From: the human T2T-CHM13v2.0 reference genome, Homo sapiens
DNA: 64,000 nt
Direction: 5' to 3' (one strand)
NCBI RefSeq assembly: GCF_009914755.1
Contig: NC_060927.1
Every line of letters starts with the position of its first letter. The stretch's first letter is position 1. A program made the position numbers and the translations under genes. The notes beneath the pieces were generated by a model that worked only from the letters and a program-made list of their open reading frames with translations, was not told the origin of the DNA and searched no databases. Shown one piece after another: positions 45,599 to 59,678 of the stretch.

Positions 45599-45759
45599 AA
45601 AAGCAGCCTCACTTTATATGGCTTTATTTTATGGGTCTTACTGTCCCCCAAACTTTTATTCTTACATTAGGAAGTATGACAGAAAAGATTGTGGCATTGA
45701 TATTATATATAAAGAAAGGGATTTCTTTATATATAATATCCTGAAACCAGATGCCTTTT

Positions 45760-46190
45760 TAAATTTTAATTTTTTTAAATTTTAATTGATAATAATTGTA
45801 CATGTTTATGGGATACATGTGATATTTTGATACATGTATACAATGTGTAATGATCAAGTAAGATCAAACATTTATCAATTCTTTATGTTGATAACATTCA
45901 AAATTCTTCTAGCCATTTTGAAATATACAATAAATTATTGTTAACTACAGTCACCCTGCTGTGCTATAGAACACTATAAATTTTTCCTTCTATTTAACTG
46001 TAAATTTGTACCCATCAAGCCTCTAGTAACTACTATTCCACTTTCTACTTTTATGGGATCAAGGTTTTTAGCTCCCACATATGAGTGAGAACATGTGTTG
46101 TTTGTCTTTCTGTGTTTGGCTTATTTCACTTAACACAATGTCCTCCAGGCTCATTCATGTTTCCACAAATGACAGGATTTCATTCTTTCA
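45760..46190 (-). mobile_element. L1MA 3' end
   Basis: 'aataattgtacatgtttatgggatacatgtgatattttgatacatgtatacaatgtgtaatgatcaa'. Confidence 0.8.
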
Positions 46191-46207
46191 TTCTGTAGGC
46201 TTTTTCA

Positions 46208-46371
46208 CTGTTATAAGTAATCTAGGGATAATTTAAAGTATATAGGAGGATGTAGATAGGTTATATGCAAATACTACACCATTTTGTATACAGTACGTGA
46301 ACATCACATGAATTTTGATATGTGTGGGGGTCCTGGGAACAATCCTCCGTGGATACTGAGGGACAACTGTA
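46208..46371. mobile_element. MER2 (Tigger) DNA transposon fragment
   Basis: 'taggttatatgcaaatactacaccatttt...gtggatactgagggacaactgta'. Confidence 0.8.
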
Positions 46372-46546
46372 GTTGTGTCTTGCTTTTTTTAAAAAATACA
46401 TTCAGCCATTTTATATCTTTTAATTGGGGATTTTAATCCATTTACATTCAAGATTATTATTGATAGATATAAACTGACTCATGCCATTTTGTTTATTGTT
46501 TATTGTTGTTTTGTAGATCTTTTTTTCCTTCCTTCTATCTTGCTTT

Positions 46547-49500
46547 TTTTTGGTTTTTATTTTTTATTTCAATAGGTTTTTGGGAACAGATGGGGTTTGG
46601 TAACATGAGTAAGTTATTTAGTGGTGATTTCTCCGATTTTGGTGCACCCACCACTCAAGCAATGCATACTGTATGCACTGTGTAGTCTTTTATCCCTTAG
46701 TGCCCTCCCACTCTTTCCACCAAGTCCCCAAAGTCCATTGTATCATTACTATGCCTTTGCGTCCCCATAGTGAGAACACACAATGTTTGATTTTTCATTC
46801 TTGAGTTACTTCGCTTAGAATAATGGTCTCCAATTCAATCCAGGTTGCTGTGAATGCCATTATTTTATTCCTTTTTATGACTGAGTAGTATTCCATGGTG
46901 TACTTATATATCACACTTTCTTTATCCATTCACTCATTGATGGGCATTTGGGCTGGTTCCATATTTTTGCAATTACAAATTGTGCTGCTACAAACGTGTG
47001 TGCAAGTATCTTTTTTCATATAATGACTTCTTCTCCTATGGGTAGATACCCAGGAGTGGGATTGTTGAATCAAATGGGAGATCTACTTTTATTTCTTAAA
47101 GGAATCTCCACACTGTTTTCCATAGTGGTTGTACTAGTTTACATTCCCACCAACAGTGTAAGATTGTTCTCTTTCTCCCACATCAATGCCAACATCTATT
47201 ATTTTTTGATTATGGCTATTCTTGGAGGAATGAGATGATATTGCATTGTAGTTTTGATTTGCATTTCCCTGATAATTAGTGATGTTGAGCATTTTACCAT
47301 ACACTTATTGGCCATTTGTGTATCTTCTTTTGGGAATTGTCTATTCATGTCCTTAGCCCACTTTTTGATGGGATTGTTTGTTTTTTTCTTGCTGATTTGT
47401 TTGCGTTCTTTGTACATTCTGGTCGTTAGTCCTTTGTCAGATGTGTGGATTGTGAAGATTTTCTCCCACTCTGTGGGTTGTCTGTTAACTCTGTTGATTG
47501 TTTCTTTTGCTGTGCAGAAGCCTTTTAGTTTAATTTAGTCCACCTATTTATCTTTGTTTTTGTTGCATTTGCTTTTGGGTTCTTGATCATGAAGTCTTTG
47601 CCTGAGCCAATGTCTAGAAGTGTTTTTCTAATGTTATCTTCTAGAATCTTTATGGTTTCGGGTCTTAGATTTAAGCCTTTGATCCATTTGATCCATCTTA
47701 AGTTGATTTTTATATAGATGAGAGATGAGGATCCAGTTTCATTCTTCTACATGTGCCTTGCCAGTTATCCCAGCACCATTTGTTGAATAAGGTGTCTTTT
47801 CCCCACTTTATCTTATGTTTGCTTTGTCAAAGATCAGTTGGCTATAAGTATTTGGCTTTATTTCTGGGTTCCCCATTCTGTTCCATTGGTCTATGTGCCT
47901 ATTTTTATACCAGTACCACACTGTTGCGATGACTGTGGCCTTATAGTATGGTTTGAAGTCGGGTAATGTGAAGCTTCTAGATTTGATCTTTTAGCTCAGT
48001 CTTGCTTTGGCTATGCAGGCTCTTTTTTTGGTTTTATATGAATTTTAGGATTTTTTTTTTCTAATTTTTTGAAGAATGATAGTGGTATTTTGATGGAAAT
48101 TGTGTTGGTTTGTAGATTGCTTTTGGCAGTATGGTCAATTTTGCAATATTGATTCTACCCATCCATGAGCATAGGATGTGTTTCCATTTGTTTATGTCTT
48201 CTATTATTTCTATCAGCAGTGTTCTGTAGTTTTCCTTGTAGAGGTGTTTTACATCCTTGGTTAGGTATATACTTAATTTTTTTTGTAGCTATTGTGAAAG
48301 GGGTTGGGTTGAGTTCTTGATTTGATTCTCACCGTAGTCATTGTTGGTGTATACTAGAGCTAATGATTTGTGTACATTAATTTTGTATCCTGAAACTTTG
48401 CTGAATTCATTTACCAGTTCTAGGAGTTTTATATGAATCTCTAGGGTTTTCTAGGTATATGATCATATCATAAGCAAACAGCGACAGTTTGACTTCCTCT
48501 TTATCAATGTGGATGTCCTTTCTTTCTTTCTCTTTGTCTCATTGCTCTGGCTAGGACTTCCAGTACTACGTTGAACAGAAGTGGTGAAAGTGTGCATCCT
48601 TGTCTTGTTCCAATTCTCAGGGGGAATTCTTTAAACTTTTCCCTGTTCAGTATAATGTTGGCTGTGGGTTTGTCATAGTTGGCTTTCATTACCTTAAGGT
48701 ATGTCCCTTCTAAGACGATTTTGCTGAGGGTTTTAAGCATAAAGCGATGCTGGATTTTGTCAGATGCTTTCTTTGTGTCTATTGAGATGATCATGTGATT
48801 TTTGTTTTTAATTCTGTCTATATGGTGTATCACATTTATTGACTTACATATGTTAAAGTACCCCTGAATCTCTGGTATGAAACCCACTTGATCATGCTGG
48901 ATTATCTTTCTGATATGCTGTTGGATTCAGTTTGCTAGTATTTTGTTGAGGATTTTTGCATCTATGTTCATCAGGGATATTGGTCTGTAGTTTTCTTTTT
49001 GTGTTATGTCCTTCCCTGGTTTTGGTATTAGGGTGATACTGGCTTCATAAAATGATTTAGGGAGGATTCCCTTCTTCTCTATCTTTTGGAGTAGTGTCAA
49101 TAGGATTGGCACCATTTCTTCTTTGAATGTCTGATAGAATTCAGCTGTGAATCCATCTGGTCCTGGAATTTTTTTCGTTGGCAAGTTTTTTATTACCATT
49201 TCAATCTCGCTGCGTGTTATTTTTCTGTTCAGAGATTCTGTATCTTCCTGGTTTAATCTAGGAGGGTTGTATATTTCCAGGAATTTATTTATCTCCTCTA
49301 GGTATTCTAGTTTATGTGTGTAAAGGTGTTCATAGTATCCCTGAATAATCATTTGTATTTCTGTGGTATCAGTTGTAATATCTTCTGTTTTGTTTCTAAT
49401 TGAGCTTATTTGAATCTTCTCTCTTCTTGGTTATTCTTGCTAATGGTCTATCAACTCTCTTTTCAGAGAACCAGCTTTTTGTTTTATTTATCTTTTGTAT

Positions 49501-50546
49501 TTTTTTGTTTGTTTGTTTCAATTTCGTTTAGTTCTGCTCTGATCTTTGTTATTTCTTTTCTTCACTGGGCTTGGGTTTGGATTGTTCTTGTTTCTCCAGT
49601 TCCATGGGGTATGACCTTAGATTGTTCATTTGTGCTCTTTCAGATGTTTTGATGCAGGCATTTAATGCTACGAACTTTCCTCTTAGCACTGCTTTTGCTG
49701 TATTCCAGAGGATTTGATAGGTTCTGTCACTATTATCATTCAGTTCAAATAATTTTTAAATTTCCATCTTGATATTATTGTTTACCCAATGATCATTAAG
49801 GGCAAGTTATTTAATTTCCATGTATTTGCATGGTTTTGAGGGTTCCTTATGAAATTAATTTCCAATTTTACTCTACTGTGGTCTTAGAAAGTTCTTGATA
49901 TAATTTTGATTTTCTTAAATTTAGGGAGACTTGTTTTATGGTCTATCATATGGTCTATCTTGGAGAATGCTCCATGTCTTTGGCTCTCAGGGTGGGCAGA
50001 AAAAGACCACCAGGTGGGAGCAGGGATAGGTATGTCTGAGCTCAGCCTCTCCTTTGGAGGGGCTTGCTGTGGCTGTCGTGGAGGATGGGGGTGTGGTTCC
50101 AAGTCCAGTGGAGTTATATTCTCAAGGGGATTATGGCTGCCTCTGCTGAGTCACACAGGTCACCAGGGAAGTGGGGGAAAGCTGGCAGTCACAGGAGTCA
50201 TCCTGCTCCCATGCAGCCTGCAGTCCTAAAGGCTGGTCTTTCTCCCACCATGCCCTCCCCTCTCAACAGCACTGAGTCCATTTCCAGGCAACCGGTGATG
50301 AGGGCTGAGAACTTGTCCCAGACCACCAGCCTCTCCATTGAGAAAGCAAACTGACTCGCAGTTTTTCGGCATCTCAGGGAGCCTGCAGTGGTGATCCAGT
50401 TCCTTCATGGATTCTCTTGGCTTTCCTGGAATGTTCCTGTGGTAGTTCTTGGAGCAAAAGTTCATGATGTGAGTTTCCACACACTGCTGTGTCCATCCGA
50501 GCAGGAACTGCAAGCTAGTCCTGCCTCCTGTCTGCCATCTTAATCT
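46547..50546 (-). mobile_element. L1PB with both ends present and a large internal deletion
   Basis: L1PB 3' UTR 'tttcaataggtttttgggaacag'; ORF2 runs to about 49975, then joins directly to 5' UTR 49978-50546; TSD tcttgcttt at 46538-46546 and 50547-50555. Confidence 0.9.
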
Positions 50547-51238
50547 TCTTGCTTTCTTTGTGATTTGATGGCTTTCTGTAGTGGAATGCTTTAGTTCTTT
50601 TCTTTTTATCTTTTGTGTATCTATCATAGGCTTTTGCTTTGCAGCTACCCAGAGGCTTATATAAAGCATTTTACAGCAGGGTAATTTAAGCTATAATAGC
50701 TTAATTTTGACCACATACACAAATTCTCTACATTTACCCCCTTTCTTTTCATGTTTCATGTTTTTGATACCACACTTCACATTTTTTATAATATATATCC
50801 CTTAGCAAATTATTGTGGCTTTAGTTGTTATTAATAGTTTTGTACTTTGACATTTATAGTAGAGATATAATTGATTTACTCACTGCAGTTTAAGTATTAG
50901 GGTGTTTTGTATTTGACAATGTATTTACTTTTACTAATGAGTTTTATATTTTCATATAATTTTATGTGACTTATCAGCATCCTTTTCCTTCAGCTTGAAG
51001 AACTTCCTTTAGCAATTTTTTTTTTGGTAATGCATGTCTAGTGGTGATAAACTTTCTCAGCTTTTGTTTGTCTGAGAAAGTCTTTATCATTCCCTAATTT
51101 TTGAAATAAAGGATTGCTGAGTATAGTATTCTTCATTGCCAGTCTTTTTCTTTCAGGATTTAAAATACATCATCCCACTCACTTTTGGCTTGCAAGGTTT
51201 CTACTGAGAAGTCCTCTGATAGTCGTGTGTGTGTGTGT

Positions 51239-51274
<36 letters not shown>

Positions 51275-53750
51275 GTGGGGGGGTATCCCTATATGTGATG
51301 GTTTGCTTTTCCCTTGCTTCTTTCAATATTCTTCCTTTGTCTTTAACTTTTGACAATTTGACTATGATTTATTACATATGTCTTTGGATTTAACTTATTT
51401 GGTGTTGTATGGGCTTCCTGGATCTAGCTTTCTAATTCCCTCTCCAGAGTTGGGGAGTGTTCTGCCATTCTTTCTTTGAATATATTTTCTGACCCTATCT
51501 TTCTTTTTCTTCTGGCGTGCCAGTAATGCATAAGTTATTATGCTTGATGGTTTCCCATACTCTTTTTCATTCTCTTTTCTTTTTGCTCCTCAGATTGGAT
51601 GATTTCCAGTGAGCTATCTTCAGGTTCACTATCTTTCCTTCTTCCTGATCTAGTCTGTTGTTGAACCCCTTTACTGAATTTTTTCAGTTCAGTGATAACA
51701 TTCTTCAGGTCTCTGGTGTCCATTTGGTGCTTGTTTATACTTTCTCTTTGCTCAGATTCTCAGCTTGTCCTAACATTGCTGTCTTGACCTCTCTTACACT
51801 GCTGTCTTGACCTCTGTGGAGCATCTTTATGACCATTGTTTTGAATTTCCTATTGCTGAATTCATAAAACTCCACTTCATTTGTGTTGGCTTCTGGACAT
51901 TAATCTTGTTTTTTGCTTGGAATTTCTTTTCATTTTCCTTGATTGTCTGTGTTGATTTCCACACATTAGAAAATACACCTACCTCTTTATGTCTTGTTAG
52001 ACCAGTTCTTGTGTAGGAGAAAGTTTTCACTAATCTGTCTGGCCAGAGATTTTAAGGTGCCTCTCTAATTTTTGTGTTTGTCCAGACCACTATCTTTGTT
52101 TTTAGTGGCCCTCTGAATCTTAAGGATGTACTACATATTGCCAGTACCCCAAGACTCATATGATAGAAGCAAGACATTTTAGTTATAGTTGGAAAGGTGA
52201 GGGGGGTGTTGAATATGTGTTCTAGTTCTTTCTATCTTCATGGTGGGGCTGGGTATGGGTGTTTATTTCCTACTCTTTCTGTACTAAGCTGGGGGAGGAT
52301 TTTTGGAAAAAGCCTGAGCTCACATTTGGGCTATACCTTCTGATCCTTGAGGAATAACTTCTGGGTGTGGGTCCATTCTACTTTCAGTTACTTGTTTTCT
52401 GTCATCCTGTGTCACTCAGATTGGAAAGCCCCCTTAACTACCACAGCTAGGTCATTGAGATGACAGTCCCTTAGGTGGGAGTTATTAAAATTGTAGCACT
52501 TGGTGCATAGCCAAAATCCTTTCAAAAATAATAGGTAGGCTTGTACTTATTTTTGGGATGATCTGGGAGGAAGTCTTATGAAGAGCCAAATTCTGTACCA
52601 AAGGGCTATTTTTTGTTTGCACTGTTAGCTCTTTGATATATGTTCATGGGAGATTAAACCATCAAGTAGTCCATGAGAGTCTGTGTCATAATCTTTTTCC
52701 AGGGAGAAAGTGAGAGCTACACGTTCATGCCCCATTTCTGCATTGCTTCAAGGAACTACAGCCCCTGGAAATGTTTGGATGCCCATTTAAAGTCACCTCT
52801 TTGTTCTGGGATCAAGGGAGACACACCTATGCCTAGTCCCTTCTGTCCTCAGAGCTACTAGGTTTTGGGTGGAGTCTATTGGGATGTAGCTTTACAAATC
52901 AGGTTTCTGGATATGTGTCCTAAACTTCTTCTGGGGAGAAATAGGGACTTAGGTTTTTGGGGCCCCTTCTCTGTACAGCTCCAGGGGGATAAAGTCACTG
53001 TAGGTGTTCACATACCATTTTAAAATGCTACTTTTTCCTGCATTCTATAGAGATGTGTGTATGTCAGTCCCTTCTGCTCCCAGAGCCAAGAGATTTAGCA
53101 TGCAGTTCCTAGGTAGGGGCTGCAGTAGTGAGTGAAAATTCTTCCCATGCTTGTGGTGAGTTATTAATTGACTGTCCATTTAACTCTCCAATGCAAGTTA
53201 GTTAAAAGTCATTCTGCCTGATTTGCCACTGTAGGAGTGTTTTATAAACCCCTTCTGGGGAGAAAACAGCAGAGGCCTGTGTTTTCTAAGCCCCTTCTCT
53301 GCACTGCTCCAGGGGAATGAGGTCCCTGGAAGTACTTGGGTGCCTGTATAAACCCAATTTTCTTACAGTCTAAGGTACCTGCATGTGTCCAATCCCCTCT
53401 GTTCTTGGAGCTGGTGAATTAAGAATCAACACCTGGGGAAATTCCAGGTTTGAGCCTGATATGTGAAGTCCAGATGCTCCTCTCCACAGGGAGAAACTGG
53501 GTGTTAGGGATTCCTTTGCTGATTTTGTGACACAGTGCCCAAGGTGGGGGTCTATACCCGACTGTGCCTTGGCTTTTCCTACCCACTTGATGTATACGTT
53601 TTCTCAGTTGCCCAGTGGGTAGGAGCTCATCCACTGGTCTCTACTTTCTCTCATATGGAATTGACCCATAGATAGATGTTCATTTGGAGCATCGTGGGTG
53701 GAGGGAGAGTCAGGAGCTTTCTATCCTGCCATGTTGGTGACCTCATGCCT
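50547..53750 (-). mobile_element. Old L1M 5' half (spacer, ORF1, 5' UTR); continues at about 46372-46546 across the L1PB
   Basis: ORF1-like ORF 51538-51723 (ITELKK...LEIIQSEEQKEKRMKK); end 'ctatcctgccatgttggtgacctca'. Confidence 0.75.
51225..51272. repeat. (TG)n microsatellite
   Basis: Directly visible. Confidence 0.95.
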
Positions 53751-56700
53751 CAGATTAATTAATTTATTATTTAATTTACCTATCTACCTACCTACATTTT
53801 AGACTTGACATGTAGAAAGCTAAAACCCTGAGAAGCTGACAAGTTTGTAAACTTCACAGTCCAAAGAGTCCCGAAGTTAGATTTCTTCTGGCAGCACAGT
53901 TTACCAGGTCTTCTAACTTCTCATGCGGCATCAACAACATTTTAGTCCACCTTCCTATTTTCTGTGAACACTCCTAGGAATAGAATTTCCCCTTCAAAAA
54001 TGTGAAGTCAAACTATGCTTTCCACATTAACATTTCTTGCATTAAAAAAAAACCCTTAGTTTAATTTCTCAATTTCTGATTTACCCAGTTGTCAAAAATA
54101 ATATTTTCTTTCCTTTAAATGTAAATAATGGTGGAAGAATGCATTTAAAAAGCCAGATTTCAATGAAGTTGATAAGGTCCACAGCAAAGTAAAGAACTAG
54201 AACTGTGAGGGCACTTGAGTAAAGCTGGGAGTTTCTCAAGTGTGCTCCGTTTGTGAATTGGAGACAAGTTAAGTCTACAATTACCAGCTTGGGAGAAGTA
54301 GTAAGGAAGCTGGCCAGTGTTCAGAACATGTGGGAAAATAGACCATGAAGCTTTTACCTACATATGTGGATCTCTAAATCCCCTTTTCTGTGTGGTGCGG
54401 GAACTCCTAGCTAAATAACTTAGAACATGATTGGACACAGGGATCTTGGACAATAATACACACAAACATGAAACTGCCACATAAGGAAACTCAGCTCAAA
54501 TCATGTGGAAACTCCTTGGAAAACAATTTCTAATCCCATACTTAAAAGTTAACAGTTATGAGAACAAATCAGAGAAATTACAAAAAGCACACCTCAATAA
54601 CTATAATTTATATAACATTTAAAAAGACATTCTAAAGAAAGAATTTCTATTATAAAAACCAAAAAAGAAAACTTAGGGAAGAACAAATAGAAAATTTTAG
54701 AAATGGAAAATATACACTTTGACATAATCTCTATTAATAGTTACATAGATGTGGTAAATTATTGGAAGGTTACATAGGGATAAAAATGGAATTAGAAGAT
54801 ATATATTGGAAATCACTCAGAAGGCAGCACAGAGAGTGGAAAAATGTAAAATGTAAAATGTGAAAGAGAAGCTCAGAGAGATAAGAAAGATAAAATGAGG
54901 CACTTTAATATGATAATTCCGTAAGGATAGGATAGAAAGAATATGAGAGAGGCAATATTTGAAGACATAATGGTGGATAAATTCTCAGAATTAAAAAAAA
55001 ATGAGTGTTGAGATCAAAGGAGTATAGCAATTCCTAAAGAAGAGAAAAACAAAACAGTTTCAAAACCAGACATGTCATAATGAAAATGCAAAACTTCAAA
55101 GACAGAAAGAGAATTTTAAAAGCACTCACAAAGACAGATAACCATGAAATCCCAATAATAAGACTGAAAATAAACTACTCATTATCAAAGGTATATTCCA
55201 TAAGAAAATAAAATGGCTTTCAAATTATAAAGGAGAATAATGTCTGTCTACAATTCTAGAACAAGTGAAACTATCATTCCATGGAGAAGATAAAATGTTA
55301 TTTTCAAAGTATGGAGATTGAAAAGATTACTACTTACAGAGTGCTCCTGAACCAAACGAAAACAAAACAAGACAAAACTACTAATGGATGTATTTTATTT
55401 TACTAAGAAGAAAATGGAACCTAGAGGAAGGTACATGATGCAAGAAGCAAGAGTGAACAAGGCAATAGTAAACATGCTGATAATACTACACAAATATTAG
55501 GTATAAAAATAGTAATATTACTCTATGAGAGATGTTTGAAAACAAGGGAGAATCAAATTCCTAGGCAACATCATGGGTGGTAGGGACAGAAGTTCAAATT
55601 TAAAGTATTCTAATTTTCTTGTTTTTCTTGGAAAGAGAATAAAGAATTAATTAAGTCTTAAGTAGATAAGCATATTGAACAATTAAAGGTAGTCACTAAA
55701 AAGATAGAAATAAGCTCGTCACTAGTAGAAGAATGAAAAGGGAATAACATGGTAGGACGAAACAACATTATTTAGAGTGAGTCAAGCAGATATGCCTGCC
55801 CCTAGAGGTAAAGCGGTATGAAGTACACAGAATCATATATGAAGTGAGGTTACCCAAAGTGTTTAACCCAAGTATGATCATGCCTTAGAATTTCCAGCTT
55901 ACAGGAAATACAGGGACAGAAAACAAGTAAAATGACATAATAGAAAAGCAAACAGATTAAATGGCATTCTACTGGAAAACTGACCTTGGGTCTTGGGGAA
56001 AGATGGGCATAGAAAAAAATGAGGGGAGATTAGCTTTAAGAAGTGCAATAAGAAAACATAATATGTGGACTATGTTTAGATCCTCCTTTGAACAAACCAA
56101 TTATAAAAGGACTATTAGAAGATAATTGGGGACTTCAAATGTGAACTGGAATCTGATAATATCAAGGAACTGGTGTTAATTTTATCAGATGTGCAAAAGG
56201 CATGGTAGTTACATAAGAAAATGTTGCATATTTTGAGACGTCTTGGAAGTATGCAGGGATATAATAGTATGATGTGTGCTTTGGCTTTAAAATACTTTAG
56301 CAAAAAAGAAGAAGGAATATATAAAGCAAGTGGTTTTGCTAATTGTTAAATTTGGTTGATGGGCACAATGGGATTAGTTATCTCAGGCTCTATACTTTTG
56401 TGCATGTGTGAATAGTTTTATCATAAATATTTAAAATAATGTTACAATTCAGAAAGTTTAACAATAAAGAGATGAAAAATTGTATACTAGGAAAATAGTA
56501 ATAATAAAGCCAGGGTAATAATTTTTGTGTCATATAAAATATAAATTAATGCAAAACCATAAAAGTAATAGAAACATAGCCTAATCATAATAATCTACTC
56601 AAGTAGCCATAGCCATCTGTGTGCACTAAACAATATAGCTTTCAAACATATAAATAGCAATTGACAAAATCACAAGAAGAAATTAAAAATTCTGTTATCC

Positions 56701-58237
56701 AGAGCAAGACCATAATGAATTCATTCAGAAATTTACAAGTCACAGTGACAAAACATTTTGATGGATATTTAAGAATTCAGTGACAGATTTAACAACCTGC
56801 TAATAGAGATATATGACTTTTTATCATCTATATATATAGATGGATATATATATAATATATATATATTTAAAGACACAGAATATATTTTTAATAATTGGCT
56901 ACAAAAGAAGTCTTAGTGACACTCTAAGAATATACACTATTAACATCATTCTCCCTGAATACAATGTAATAAGATTAGAAATGAATAATAAAAAGGCAAT
57001 AGAAACCCATGACTTAGACACTAAACTGCACTTGTAAATAGTTATTGTAAATAAAGCATACTTTAAATAATGCACAGATAACTAGAAATAAAAAGGAGGC
57101 ATAACTACAGATAAAGTGGCTGTGTAAAAAACTGTGAAAAAATTAATCATTTTATAATAAAATTTTGGATAACTTTGAGGCAATTGATTAGTTTTTAGAA
57201 AAATAAGTTGCCAAGATTGGCTCATCAGGAAATAAAGTTGAATTAATCAAATGGCAACTAAAGACATGAATTGTTGTCCGATTTCCTTTCTTCTTTCACC
57301 CTTGTTTAAAGGTACCAAGCGGGGGTTTTATATTATGAAACTTTCAGAAATAATCTTCTTTTAATATAAATTTTTCCAGAGAAAATGCTTTCCAACCAAT
57401 TTTAAACTCATGTAAACTTTTACCAAAATTGAACAGACTATAAAAAGGAAACTGGTTTACAGAGATAAAAATTCCAAATACCAACAAATTAAACCTAGTA
57501 ATATATGACATATCTTGATCAAATAAGAGTTTATCCTAAGAATGAAAAAAATTGCTGAACTGTAGGAAATCCATTAATGTAGCACACCTCAAATAATATA
57601 TTAAAGTAAAAAATTCACAAATATTCATGATTGAAAATTCTTAGCAAGGAGAACAAACTTTACTTGAAAAATTATCTACCAAAAACTTCAAACATATGAA
57701 TACATCACAATTAATGGCAACAATTTAGGAAATTTTTATTAAAATGAGAAATGAAATAAAGATGCCTCTATCATTACTACTTTCATTTTTGTCCTGGTGG
57801 TCCTATCCAATGCAATAGAGTAAGAAAAAGAAATTGGAAGTGTAAGATTTGAAAAGGAAGAGAGTAAATAGCCAAATGTACAGCTGATCAAATTTTAGAG
57901 GATCTAACAGGATCTATTGATAACATATTTAAAATTTTAAGACAGTTCAGCAAGTTTTCGGGATTCAGATCAACATTTAATAGTCAACAGTTTTCTGATA
58001 CTCCAGGAATAACTAATTCAAAAATATAATGAAATTTAAGAACAACCCGATTCATAGTAACAAGGTAACTAGAAATACTTCTAATAACGTTGTGCAAGAT
58101 CTTGATGGAGAAAATTACAAAATTTATTAAAGGGAATAAACAAGACCTCAATATATGGGAAGACATATTCATACATGAAAAGAGGCCGTGTTTATTTGTA
58201 AGTGCAAAGCAATTCCAACAAACATTACAGTACATTT

Positions 58238-58246
58238 TGTGTGTAA

Positions 58247-58282
<36 letters not shown>
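58238..58282. repeat. (TG)n microsatellite
   Basis: Directly visible. Confidence 0.95.
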
Positions 58283-58283
<1 letters not shown>

Positions 58284-58345
58284 TGGAGGTTGACAAGTAG
58301 TTCTTGTGGATGAATAAAAGGCCAAGAATAGCCTATATAATTTTA

Positions 58346-58817
58346 TTGTATTTTAATTTTTTCTTTTTTGTTTGTTATTATATTTTTCTTTTTTAAATTA
58401 TACTTTAAGTTCTAGGGTACATGTGCACAATGTGCAGGTGTGTTACATATGTATACATGTGCCATGTTGGTGTGCTGCACCCATTAACTCGTCATTTACA
58501 TTAGGTATTTCTCCTAATGCTATCCCTCCCCTCTTCCCCCACCCCACAACAGGCCCCGGTGTGTGATGTTCCCCTTCCTGTGTCCAAGTGTTCTCATTGT
58601 TCAATTCCCACCTATGAGTGAGAACATGCAGTGTTTGGTTTTTTGTCCTTGTGATAGTTTACTGAGAATGATGGTTTCCAGCTTCATCCATGTCCCTACA
58701 AAGGAGATGAACTCATCCTTTTTTATGGCTGCATAGTATTCTGTGGTGTATATGTGCCACAGTTTCTTAATCTAGTCTATCATTGATTGGCATTTGGGTT
58801 GGTTTCAAGTCTTTGCT
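58346..58817 (-). mobile_element. 5'-truncated L1PA (L1PA5-like)
   Basis: L1PA 3' UTR; TSD aagaatagcctat(a/g)taatttta at 58324-58345 and 58818-58839. Confidence 0.95.
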
Positions 58818-59426
58818 AAGAATAGCCTATGTAATTTTAAAGGAAAAAAGGGCAAGAGGTATCTTAATACACCAAATATTTAGGTTTTATAAAAAGATTT
58901 GTAGTTAAGACAATATGGTACTAGTGAAATGGTAGTGAAATAGATCATCCACATGGACTAGAGAAGCCAAGAAGCACATCCATGCATATTTGGGAACTTG
59001 GTAGTGAGAGTGAAGCCATTGCATATCATTGACAAAAAATAGATGGTACTGTAAATTGTATGAAGGAAGGTAGATTTCTAATACGAAAAATGCAACTTTT
59101 GAAAAAAGAAGGATATTGCTATGAACACAGTGTTGGGAATTGTACTTTAATCAGAACTTAAAAAGGCAAAAATTACAAAGGAAAATATTGATATATTTGA
59201 CTTCATTAAAATTAAAGAACTACATGACGAAAGATAGCACAAATTTTACAATAAACACTAGACTAAGAGAAGAGAAAATATGTATAAAAAGGAAACAATT
59301 CTAGAATGTATAAAGAACTCCAACCATTAGTGAGAAAAATGCAAACAACCAAATAAAAGTTGGTATACAATATGAATCCCATGGATAGATTTCAAAACTT
59401 TTTTGGAGTGAAAAAAGGAAGGTTAG

Positions 59427-59678
59427 CTTATAAGTGGGAGCTAAATGATGAGAACATATGGACACATAGAAGGGAACAACACACACTGGGGCCTACTGGA
59501 TGGTGGAGGGTGGAGGAGGGAGAGGATCAGGAAAAAAAACTAAGGGATACTAGGCTTAATATCTGGGTGATGAAATAGCCTGTACAATAAACACCCATGA
59601 CACAAGCTTACCTGTGTAACAAACCTGCACTTGTACTCCTGAACTTAAAATATAAGTCAAAATAAAAAGAAAAAAAAG
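59427..59678 (+). mobile_element. Short older L1PA 3' end (L1PA13-16-like)
   Basis: 'ataagtgggagctaaatgatgagaac...gtaacaaacctgcacttgtactcctgaacttaaaa' plus A-tail. Confidence 0.85.
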
